This document shows positions 16,164-23,684 of a DNA stretch of 48,941 nt, piece by piece. The notes beneath the pieces were generated by a model. It saw nothing but the letters and a program-made list of their open reading frames with translations. It was not told where the DNA came from and searched no databases. The position numbers were made by a program, and so were the translations under genes. The stretch is taken from IMG/VR virus record IMGVR_UViG_2802429253_000004; one strand, 5' to 3'. This stretch comes from a virus (Duplodnaviria; Heunggongvirae; Uroviricota; Caudoviricetes). The first letter of the stretch is position 1. Every line of letters starts with the position of its first letter.

Positions 16164-16769
16164 ATGATTTTTAACGATGAGATGGTCCGGGCCATCCTCG
16201 AAGGAAGGAAAACGCAGACTCGCCGACCTGTAAAAAATGTCAGGGCCGATAACTGCCTGGTTATCCGTAAACCGACAAAGAAACGCAATGGTGTCTATAC
16301 CCACGTTATGGATGCACCGGAACATGGTTTATGCCCGTTCGGTAACGTTGGTGATCGCATATGGGTACGTGAGACATTCAACGCTTTTTGGCTGGATGAC
16401 GATGTTATTCAGGAAATCAAAGATGGTGTCTCTCTGGCTTCTGAGCTGTGTGATTACAAGGCTGATTACTCAGATAGTAGCAAACCATCTGAGGGCTGGA
16501 CCCCGTCAATTCTCATGCCGAGATGGGCATCGCGAATTTTGCTGGAAATTACCGACGTGCGTGTGGAGCGGCTGCATGACATGAGCGAGGCAGATGCCAA
16601 AGCGGAAGGCGCATCTCCGGCAACGTACAAGATTACGCCGCCGGAAGCTGTTTATCGTGTTGGTTTTGGTGATATCTGGCGCGGTATTTACGGGCAAGAG
16701 AACTGGCTATCTAACCCGTGGGTATGGGTAATTGAGTTTAAACGTATTCAGGGGGCAACCAGTGAGTAA
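16164..16769 (+). CDS. Phage protein, possibly ASCH/PUA-like
   Basis: N-terminal MIFNDEMVRAILEGRKTQTRRPV is a signature recalled from prophage ASCH-like proteins; unverified. Confidence 0.4.
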   Translation: MIFNDEMVRAILEGRKTQTRRPVKNVRADNCLVIRKPTKKRNGVYTHVMDAPEHGLCPFGNVGDRIWVRETFNAFWLDDDVIQEIKDGVSLASELCDYKADYSDSSKPSEGWTPSILMPRWASRILLEITDVRVERLHDMSEADAKAEGASPATYKITPPEAVYRVGFGDIWRGIYGQENWLSNPWVWVIEFKRIQGATSE

Positions 16770-17019
16770 TTCCGCACGGCTACAGCTTGGTTTTTCACCG
16801 CTATCAAAAACCATCGTGTTGGCCAAAATGCGCGATTTAGGTGACGGAACAAAACGCCGTGTAGGCAATGATCGCGGTCGTGATGTAACCAACGAGGCCG
16901 CACAACTCGTTTGGCATCTTGTCATGGCAGAAGGCGGTGAAATCAATTGGGAGCTGGATGATGGTTCTCGCATGGTGTTAAGGGCAGAAAAGCAGGGGGC
17001 AAACGATGAAAAACCGTAA
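16762..17019 (+). CDS. Hypothetical protein
   Basis: GTG start overlapping the upstream stop; 85 aa. Confidence 0.35.
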   Translation: MSNSARLQLGFSPLSKTIVLAKMRDLGDGTKRRVGNDRGRDVTNEAAQLVWHLVMAEGGEINWELDDGSRMVLRAEKQGANDEKP

Positions 17020-17197
17020 AGCAAAGATGCTTATTTCCCGTGTATACAGACGTTGCTATCCCAGCCAGTGGTTGAGAGTTAGCAATCGCCGTGTGGTGTT
17101 GTACTTATATTCTGGAATTGCCAGAGAGGGAGTCAAAGATAAGCGTAGCGCGGCGCAAAACCGCTGGAAAAACTACTTGCGCACTAAAGGAGAGTGA
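17006..17197 (+). CDS. Hypothetical small basic protein
   Basis: 63-aa ORF; weak support. Confidence 0.25.
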   Translation: MKNRKAKMLISRVYRRCYPSQWLRVSNRRVVLYLYSGIAREGVKDKRSAAQNRWKNYLRTKGE

Positions 17198-17255
17198 GGT
17201 GCCTACACTATTCAGGAAGCTACACAATAAAATTAACCCACATAAGGAAACAGAT

Positions 17256-17642
17256 ATGGCAACTATTACCAGAGAAAGCGCAGAGATTAAATCATTCATC
17301 ACTGGCTTTCTGAGCGATGCGGCGCACGATAAACAATCTTCAAACAGTCTGCTTGCTAATGTGTTTCGTATCGCGCTGGCATCGCTGGAAGCAGAGCCGA
17401 TAGCGTGGGAATGCGGTGAAAACATAATCCTGTTTAACCCTGACACAGTTGAAGCATACGCAAAACGTGCGGAGATATCACCTAAACCACTATATGCCGC
17501 GCCGCCAGTTCCGGAAATGCAGGCTGATGTCGCGCAAGCAATTGAAAATCTCAAGCAGAAGTTAGTGGAATGCAATCGCTATAACTACTGCGCAGATGCA
17601 GTTAAGGGCGTAGAGGATGCCTGCCACGCCGCCATGCTTTAG
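17256..17642 (+). CDS. Hypothetical protein
   Basis: 128 aa from the ATG at 17256 with an upstream AAGGAAA ribosome-binding site. Confidence 0.45.
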   Translation: MATITRESAEIKSFITGFLSDAAHDKQSSNSLLANVFRIALASLEAEPIAWECGENIILFNPDTVEAYAKRAEISPKPLYAAPPVPEMQADVAQAIENLKQKLVECNRYNYCADAVKGVEDACHAAML

Positions 17643-17658
17643 GGGAAAGGGAAGTGAT

Positions 17659-17934
17659 ATGGCTACTTTTACCAAAGAGCAATTGATTGCCCATATTCGT
17701 GAACGTAAGGAAGCGCGCCAGAGAATGTTGGATACGGTAACTATTAACCCCGGATTTCGTGAATATCTTGAAAGAGAGCTTGCTACAGATGAAATTGCAC
17801 TGGCATCCCTGGCATCTGCACCTGTTGCATGGCTAGTTGGAGGGCGTTTGTTCACAACTGAGATAGCTGCGGGGATGTATGCTAGTGAGGTGAGGAAAGC
17901 AGTTAAGCCGCTATTCTTTTCTGCACTACTGTGA
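17659..17934 (+). CDS. Hypothetical protein
   Basis: 91 aa from the ATG at 17659 with a GGGAAAGGGAAG ribosome-binding site. Confidence 0.45.
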   Translation: MATFTKEQLIAHIRERKEARQRMLDTVTINPGFREYLERELATDEIALASLASAPVAWLVGGRLFTTEIAAGMYASEVRKAVKPLFFSALL

Positions 17935-18079
17935 GTATTGTTTTTTTATTGATCGATTGACCACATTTTGAAGGTTTTTTTATGGGAAAACCTTGTTTTA
18001 GGTGGTAACTGGGTGTAGTGTTTCATTTAACGTAGTAAAACTGCGTTAAGCGATTACCGCGTAATTTGTTGCTTTATGA

Positions 18080-18109
18080 AGCCCTGCCTTTTCGGCGGGG
18101 CTTTTTTTT
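18080..18109 (+). terminator. Strong intrinsic terminator immediately upstream of the lysis cassette
   Basis: 9-bp stem AGCCCTGCC/GGCGGGGCT with loop TTTTC, then an 8-nt T-run. Confidence 0.7.
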
Positions 18110-18122
18110 AACGAGGATTTCA

Positions 18123-18518
18123 ATGTCAGCAGAACCAATTTCCGGTACGGCCGTTGCTGCTGGTGGCCTGATGGGTGCCAGCGTTTTTGGTATTGCAACT
18201 GGTATTGATTACGGCGTTGTATTCGGGGCATTTGCTGGCGCTGTTTTCTATGTTGCTACAGCGGTGAATATTAGCCGTCTCAAGCTGATTGGCTATTTCT
18301 TTACATCGTTCATTGTTGGAGTGATTGGAGCGCCGTTAGTTGGCTCATTTCTTGCCAAATGGACCAGCTACAACGATCGACCTCTTGATGCGCTTGGTGC
18401 GGTTATTGTGGCTGCATTGACCATTAAAATCCTCACGTTCGTAAACAGCCAGGATCTCGGTAGCATCTTTGGAATGCTTTCCCGCTTACGTGGAGGGGGT
18501 TCAAATGGTAAGCAGTGA
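18123..18518 (+). CDS. Holin-like membrane protein
   Basis: 131 aa with several hydrophobic helices; first gene of the lysis cassette. Confidence 0.55.
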   Translation: MSAEPISGTAVAAGGLMGASVFGIATGIDYGVVFGAFAGAVFYVATAVNISRLKLIGYFFTSFIVGVIGAPLVGSFLAKWTSYNDRPLDALGAVIVAALTIKILTFVNSQDLGSIFGMLSRLRGGGSNGKQ

Positions 18519-18801
18519 CCCGTCAGCACTGATTAATGCGGTGCTTTGCACAGTAATAGTAATGGCGCTGATGCTTTATCGACGGAAAGACTCCAGGCAT
18601 CGTCCAGTTGTTTCCTTTCTGGCTTATATCTACGTCATTGTATACGCCAATGTTCCCTTCCGTTATGTGTTCGGTCTTTATCAAGAATCCCACTGGCTGG
18701 TGGTTATTGGAAATCTGATTATCTGCATCGTTGTTCTGTATTTCAGGGGCAATCTGGCGCGGATAGTTGACGCATTAGGGTTTAATCATGACCAAAGATG
18801 A
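18505..18801 (+). CDS. Second holin/antiholin-like membrane protein
   Basis: 98 aa with three hydrophobic segments; GGAGGGGG ribosome-binding site; overlaps the upstream gene end and the endolysin start. Confidence 0.5.
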   Translation: MVSSDPSALINAVLCTVIVMALMLYRRKDSRHRPVVSFLAYIYVIVYANVPFRYVFGLYQESHWLVVIGNLIICIVVLYFRGNLARIVDALGFNHDQR

Positions 18802-19330
18802 GATTTTTAACAGCATTCTTGGAAAAGAGGGCGGCTATGTGGATCACCCTGACGACAAGGGAGGCCCAACAAAGTGGGGCATTACTCAGAACACTGCCCG
18901 TGCTCATGGATACCGTGGCGATATGCGCGATTTAACTCGCGAACAGGCTCTGGAAATCCTTGAGGCTGATTACTGGTACGGCCCACGTTTTGACCAGATA
19001 GCAACTCTGTCGCCGGATATTGCCGCAGAACTGTGCGACACGGGCGTCAACATGGGGCCAACCGTGGCGTCGAAAATGCTTCAACGCTGGCTGAATGCGT
19101 TCAATCTGCGCGGGAAGTTGTATCCCGATATGAATGTGGATGGAAGAATCGGCCCACGTACCATTAATGCCCTACGTGCTTATCTTGCATACCGTGGCAA
19201 GGAGGGAGAGCTGGTGATGCTGAGGTCCCTTAACTGTACGCAGGGTTATGGATATCTTGAGCGCACAGAGAATCGTGAGGCCAATGAATCGTTTACCTAT
19301 GGCTGGATGAAAGAGCGAGTGGTGGTATGA
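18788..19330 (+). CDS. Endolysin, GH108-family muramidase with peptidoglycan-binding domain
   Basis: N-terminal GKEGGYVDHPDDKGGPTKWGIT is the GH108 signature; 180 aa. Confidence 0.8.
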   Translation: MTKDEIFNSILGKEGGYVDHPDDKGGPTKWGITQNTARAHGYRGDMRDLTREQALEILEADYWYGPRFDQIATLSPDIAAELCDTGVNMGPTVASKMLQRWLNAFNLRGKLYPDMNVDGRIGPRTINALRAYLAYRGKEGELVMLRSLNCTQGYGYLERTENREANESFTYGWMKERVVV

Positions 19331-19605
19331 CTGGTTTGAAGGCCGTTTTGTCATTTATTGGCACAATTATATTGGTTGCATTCGGCGCGTTTGGTTTTGG
19401 TCGTATGAAGGGGCGAGAAAAGGCCGAAGATGAAGCTGAAAAGCAGCGCATTAATGAGAATGCAGCCGCCGTAAAAGCCACTGCGGAGCGGCGTATAGAA
19501 GTGACAAAAGAGGTGGGCAATGTACAGCAGAGTGTTAACCATATGGCTGATGACGATGTTGATCGCGAGCTGCGGGAGTCGTGGAAGCGTCCCGGTGGTG
19601 GTTGA
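19327..19605 (+). CDS. Spanin inner-membrane subunit (Rz/LysB-like)
   Basis: N-terminal transmembrane helix then charged coiled-coil region; follows the endolysin. Confidence 0.55.
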   Translation: MTGLKAVLSFIGTIILVAFGAFGFGRMKGREKAEDEAEKQRINENAAAVKATAERRIEVTKEVGNVQQSVNHMADDDVDRELRESWKRPGGG

Positions 19606-19729
19606 TACCGCCTGTGATTGGGTAAAGCCCATCTACCTGACTGATCACGACATCGATGTTATGGACCGCCAGACAAAGAAAGATATTCTGGCTCATAACA
19701 GGGCATGGGAAATCAACTGCCAAAAGTAA
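19520..19729 (+). CDS. Spanin outer-membrane lipoprotein subunit (Rz1/LysC-like), nested in an alternate frame
   Basis: Signal peptide with lipobox LIASC; overlaps the 3' end of the i-spanin gene out of frame. Confidence 0.5.
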   Translation: MYSRVLTIWLMTMLIASCGSRGSVPVVVDTACDWVKPIYLTDHDIDVMDRQTKKDILAHNRAWEINCQK

Positions 19730-19890
19730 TATATATTTCTATAAATATATAGTTACAACATTCTATACGCTTTTCTCATGAGCGCACGCATCAACCATGT
19801 TTGTCTGATATGCCGCCGCGCCCAAAAATCCTGAATTTATTGGCTGGGATTTTCGTGCGCGGCGCCACACCAGACAAACAAATCAAATAT

Positions 19891-19966
19891 GGCCCCTTAG
19901 CTCAGTGGTTAGAGCAGGCGACTCATAATCGCACGGTCACTGGTTCAAGTCCGGTAGGGGCCACCA
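19891..19966 (+). tRNA. tRNA with CAU anticodon (tRNA-Met, or tRNA-Ile2 if lysidine-modified)
   Basis: 76-nt cloverleaf: acceptor GGCCCCT/AGGGGCC, D-arm GCTC-AGTGGTTA-GAGC, anticodon loop CTCATAA, T-arm ACTGG-TTCAAGT-CCGGT, encoded CCA. Confidence 0.85.
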
Positions 19967-20274
19967 ATTCACTCTCACACATAAAGATAAGCGCGGTGGA
20001 GTTACTTCTTCGTGCTTATCTTTATGCGTGCCTGGTGCACATTTCGGGAAGCCGTTGGTTAGTGAGTACAGGCAGGGCCTGTTATCCGCAAAGGGGTAAA
20101 AGCTGGAGCGGCACGGAACTGTAGCCGTGTTACCAAAACAGCGTTGTCGGGCGATATCCGGCACACAACAGGCAAGGGCACTAACCAGACTGATTAATGC
20201 CCTTTTCGTTGTGTTTGCTGTAGAGCTGGCCAGCGTTATGACTGCCGGAGATAAGCGCCGGAGACACAACTAAC

Positions 20275-20862
20275 ATGGAGGCAATTGTATTGTTTAATCT
20301 GATTTATGCAGATCCCCCCTGGGAATACAAAGACAAGTGTAAGGATGGGAATCGTGGCGCTGGTTTTAAGTATCCAACGATGAAAGCTGAGGAGATTGCT
20401 CGTATTCCTGTCTGGCAGCTTGCTAATCCTGAATCGTGTTTGTTGGCTATGTGGTGGGTTCCGACTCAGCCAGAAGAAGCGTTGCTGGTGGTGAAAGCAT
20501 GGGGATTCAGGCTTATGACCATGAAGGGCTTCACATGGAACAAATGTGGTAGCCGACAGCCAGACAAGCTGGTGATGGGGATGGGACATATGACTCGTGC
20601 AAACAGTGAAGATTGCTTGTTTGCGGTAAAAGGCAAATTACCGACACGTCTTGATGCGGGGATCATTCAGTCGTTTACATCGCCTCGTCTGGAGCATTCT
20701 CGGAAGCCTGATGTGGTCCGTGACAAACTGGTAAAGCTGTTAGGCGATGTTCCTCGTATTGAGCTGTTTGCTCGCGGTGATTTACCTGCTGGCTGGCATG
20801 GCTGGGGCAACCAGTGCAACGGAGGTATCCAGTTGCATGATGCTCTCTGGCAAGTGTCATAG
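20275..20862 (+). CDS. MT-A70-family N6-adenine DNA methyltransferase
   Basis: DPPW catalytic motif (IYADPPWEY) near the N-terminus; 195 aa; no adjacent restriction endonuclease. Confidence 0.8.
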   Translation: MEAIVLFNLIYADPPWEYKDKCKDGNRGAGFKYPTMKAEEIARIPVWQLANPESCLLAMWWVPTQPEEALLVVKAWGFRLMTMKGFTWNKCGSRQPDKLVMGMGHMTRANSEDCLFAVKGKLPTRLDAGIIQSFTSPRLEHSRKPDVVRDKLVKLLGDVPRIELFARGDLPAGWHGWGNQCNGGIQLHDALWQVS

Positions 20863-20974
20863 AATTATATAATTATAGATTTATATAAAAAGTGCTTTAC
20901 AGGTGGGAAAAATTTTCCTAAGGTTATACCCGAAACCGAGCGATACCCGCCCTGGTTAAACCGGAGATAACCCG
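20858..20974 (+). promoter_or_regulatory. Promoter/leader cassette, copy C
   Basis: Near-identical to copies A and B; ends at the ATG at 20975. Confidence 0.6.
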
Positions 20975-21196
20975 ATGAAAGAACAAGACCGTAAAGTAAT
21001 GCGTATTTCCTTCAAACGTGCGACTGAGCAGCAACGCAAAGAGTTCCTGGCTGATGATGTAGCGGCCGTTTATGACCTCATGAAAGAGGTTGTGGAATCA
21101 GGGAACTACACGGCGGCAAAGATGCTTAAACTGCAATTCTTGCTGGGCGACCTGAAATACAAATCCGAAGTTGTCGCCGGACGACGCGAGCATTAA
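20975..21196 (+). CDS. Hypothetical 73-aa protein driven by cassette copy C
   Basis: ORF directly after the conserved leader; terminator downstream. Confidence 0.45.
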   Translation: MKEQDRKVMRISFKRATEQQRKEFLADDVAAVYDLMKEVVESGNYTAAKMLKLQFLLGDLKYKSEVVAGRREH

Positions 21197-21216
21197 ACCG
21201 TAACGATAACGAACAA

Positions 21217-21246
21217 CGAGCCTCGGCAATTGCCGGGGCTTTTTTA
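21217..21246 (+). terminator. Rho-independent terminator
   Basis: GC-rich hairpin (GCCTCGGCAATTGCCGGGGC) followed by TTTTTT. Confidence 0.6.
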
Positions 21247-21270
21247 CATCCAGACAAAGGAGAACATGGG

Positions 21271-21726
21271 ATGCCTTCGACAAGCACCAAAAAAGAAATG
21301 GCGGTTAGTGATGTGCTTTACGCGCTTTCGACTATATGTGACGGAGCAATGATGAGGATGAAAGTCCTCCATGAAGCATACGGAAAAAGTCACGATGAGG
21401 CAGCTAAAGAATGCCTGAATGAGATTGTGGACTTCATTGATAGCCATCGGTCGCTGATAGCTCTCGATAACCAGCCGCAAGCTGAAGAATGCCAGGAGCG
21501 CGAGTATAAAACGATATACGGGAATAAGTTCTCCTGTCTAAGCGAGTTGGCTGCAAAGGTGGCCGACATTCTGGAGAACAACGGCGGTCGAATGCGTCAG
21601 GTTAGCTATCGGTCTGAATATGAAGCTCTAATCATGTTAGTTGATCAGTTAGTTGATACCGGAGCTTTACAGCTCAACTGCGTAAGGCTATCTGGTCATC
21701 CGATAAAAATGAATGGAAGGATATAA
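21271..21726 (+). CDS. Hypothetical protein
   Basis: 151-aa ORF with a GGAGAA ribosome-binding site. Confidence 0.5.
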   Translation: MPSTSTKKEMAVSDVLYALSTICDGAMMRMKVLHEAYGKSHDEAAKECLNEIVDFIDSHRSLIALDNQPQAEECQEREYKTIYGNKFSCLSELAAKVADILENNGGRMRQVSYRSEYEALIMLVDQLVDTGALQLNCVRLSGHPIKMNGRI

Positions 21727-21728
21727 CC

Positions 21729-21935
21729 GTGGACTTGCCGAGTGATTTGTTCTGGTTTCCGCTTCCAATAAGAGATTTGTTGGTATTTCTGGCTGGCGCT
21801 TACGTCTGGAGAAAAGTGAAAGACACCTCGTTATCTTTGAGGTTTGTCTTAGCTATATCGGTAGGAACCGCGCTGGGTACGGCGTATCTCTTGATATTAC
21901 TGGAGGTATTCATTGAAAAATGGATAGTTTCATGA
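21729..21935 (+). CDS. Small membrane protein
   Basis: 68 aa with two hydrophobic helices. Confidence 0.4.
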   Translation: MDLPSDLFWFPLPIRDLLVFLAGAYVWRKVKDTSLSLRFVLAISVGTALGTAYLLILLEVFIEKWIVS

Positions 21936-22096
21936 ATGGTCTTGGCATTTTTCTGATGGTTGTGGCCGTGTGTTTTTGTATCTCGCTGGTGGTTATTGCT
22001 GGTGTCCTGTGGCGCATCTTAGTGGCGCAGAGAGCTTTTCGGTGTAAGCGGGAGCAATTGCGGTCAGGGTGCGTTTCATTCAAGTCAATGAGATAG
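21932..22096 (+). CDS. Small membrane protein (54 aa), translationally coupled to the upstream gene
   Basis: ATG overlaps the upstream stop (ATGA); hydrophobic N-terminus; shorter than the ORF-track cutoff. Confidence 0.3.
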   Translation: MNGLGIFLMVVAVCFCISLVVIAGVLWRILVAQRAFRCKREQLRSGCVSFKSMR

Positions 22097-22112
22097 ATGT
22101 AGGGTTATTTAT

Positions 22113-22826
22113 ATGATGCATTTAAAAAATATTAGTGCGCCGCTTATTGATCCCCGTGGCAAACATCCAGATGTGCTACCGCTTTTTACTGAAGACGGAA
22201 GAGATTGGTATGAGGAACAGAAGAAATTTCAGCCTCATACTTTAAAGATTGCGTATGACAATAACGGCATTATCCGCAGTGTATCGAAGGATGTATCGTT
22301 GCTTTGCCCGGATGGGATGAGTGTTATTGAGTTACCTGATACTGATGAGTATCGAAAAGTAGATAACACAGGTGATTGGCTCGTCAAAGATGTTCAAATT
22401 GTGAAGCGTGAAGGTACAGAGCACCGAGAAAACTCACTGATATCTATTGGTGCCGAGGCTGTTCCGTTTAAGTTTGAATTATCCCAACTGGTAACAATGC
22501 GTATCAGTGACGAATGGGGAGAAGTTCAAGCCCGTGCTCAGTATGCAAATGGCGAAAACCAGTATCTGATTCACTATCAGGCGGCTGATGGCCGTGCTAC
22601 TACAGAGTGGTTCTGTGAGTCGATGCTGATTGCGATGGAGGATAAACGTCATCCTGGCTGTCCTGTTTTTGCTTGTATTGATCTGCCAGAAGGCGCGGTA
22701 CTTGAAGACGACAAAGAAGAATGGTCGCCTGATGGCGAACTTGTCATTACCGGAATCGTGGATGGTAAGCCGAGATACTCTCGCATTGAGGTAAATAACG
22801 GCCACATCTGTTTGATACCAGAGTAA
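22113..22826 (+). CDS. Tail fiber assembly (Tfa)-like N-terminal domain fused to an uncharacterised C-terminal domain
   Basis: N-terminal ~110 aa align with the Tfa proteins at 46836..47369 and 47398..47925 (MMHLKNI..WYEEQ..FQP.TLK..YD.NG.I); C-terminal ~125 aa unrelated to them. Confidence 0.6.
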   Translation: MMHLKNISAPLIDPRGKHPDVLPLFTEDGRDWYEEQKKFQPHTLKIAYDNNGIIRSVSKDVSLLCPDGMSVIELPDTDEYRKVDNTGDWLVKDVQIVKREGTEHRENSLISIGAEAVPFKFELSQLVTMRISDEWGEVQARAQYANGENQYLIHYQAADGRATTEWFCESMLIAMEDKRHPGCPVFACIDLPEGAVLEDDKEEWSPDGELVITGIVDGKPRYSRIEVNNGHICLIPE

Positions 22827-23060
22827 CGCATTACAGCAGCTCTTGTGCTTATCAGGGGCTGCGATAATGCGCAAACCAAAGCTGCCTCATTAACTCCAGC
22901 TCATTGTGGAGTTAATGCTGGTGGCTTTTTTATTACTGGAAGGTGGGCGACCGCCGTCAGTTGCGACCTGACGACAGTCATTCATACCCACAGGGTGCCG
23001 TGGATACAAACCGAGGCCCACTTGCTTGCACAAGCGAGGGGATTTTAGCGGATAAACGGC

Positions 23061-23684
23061 ATGACAAAACATCTTAATGTGGTTTCTTTACCACTTTCTG
23101 TGTTGATTGGTTATGAAAAGAACGCTCGCACACACTCCGTGGAGCAGGTAGATCAGATTGTTGCCAGCATACAGGAGTACGGATGGACTAATCCGATCCT
23201 GATAGACGAAAACAACGTTGTAATTGCTGGTCATGGTCGAATTGCTGCGGCCACTCAGTTGGGGATGGATGATGTTCCCTGCATTGTTCTGGAAGGGCTA
23301 ACGGAGAATCAGAAGAAGGCATATCGTCTGGCCGACAACCGTATTCCGCTGAATGCTGGTTGGGATGAAGAGTTGTTAAGCGCGGAGCTTGCAGATCTTG
23401 CGGCCGATGATTTTGCTCTGGACTCAATTGGTTTTACTCAGCGCGAACTGGATAACTTATTGAGTGCGGCGGTCTACGATGACACAGAGGGTATGGATAT
23501 CCCATTTGAGAAGGATGAGGCCAAATCAGGCGTAAAAGTTCAGTACCTGTCATTTGGAGGTCATAAAATCCCGGCAACGGATGAGGAAGCGGATCGTTTT
23601 GACTGCGCGGTGTCTCGTTATGTTGATGATAATGGCAGCTATATCGGATTTGTATCCGCATTGCTGGCTGGGGAGGTGTGCTGA
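23061..23684 (+). CDS. ParB N-terminal (ParB/Srx nuclease-like) domain protein
   Basis: Conserved ParB-N segment VIAGHGRIAAATQLGMDDVPCIVL; paralog of 26351..26941. Confidence 0.7.
   Translation: MTKHLNVVSLPLSVLIGYEKNARTHSVEQVDQIVASIQEYGWTNPILIDENNVVIAGHGRIAAATQLGMDDVPCIVLEGLTENQKKAYRLADNRIPLNAGWDEELLSAELADLAADDFALDSIGFTQRELDNLLSAAVYDDTEGMDIPFEKDEAKSGVKVQYLSFGGHKIPATDEEADRFDCAVSRYVDDNGSYIGFVSALLAGEVC

Noticed and set aside
15720-16325. 201-aa minus-strand ORF
   Set aside because: Entirely antisense to tightly coupled plus-strand genes of the operon downstream of the Q-like gene; no ribosome-binding site; likely spurious.
19801-20124. 107-aa ORF overlapping the tRNA
   Set aside because: The tRNA cloverleaf (19891..19966) lies inside it in the same orientation; the translation has no recognisable features.
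19967-20270. Possible second tRNA gene downstream of the first
   Set aside because: No complete cloverleaf with T-loop and acceptor stem could be assembled by eye; only isolated hairpins.
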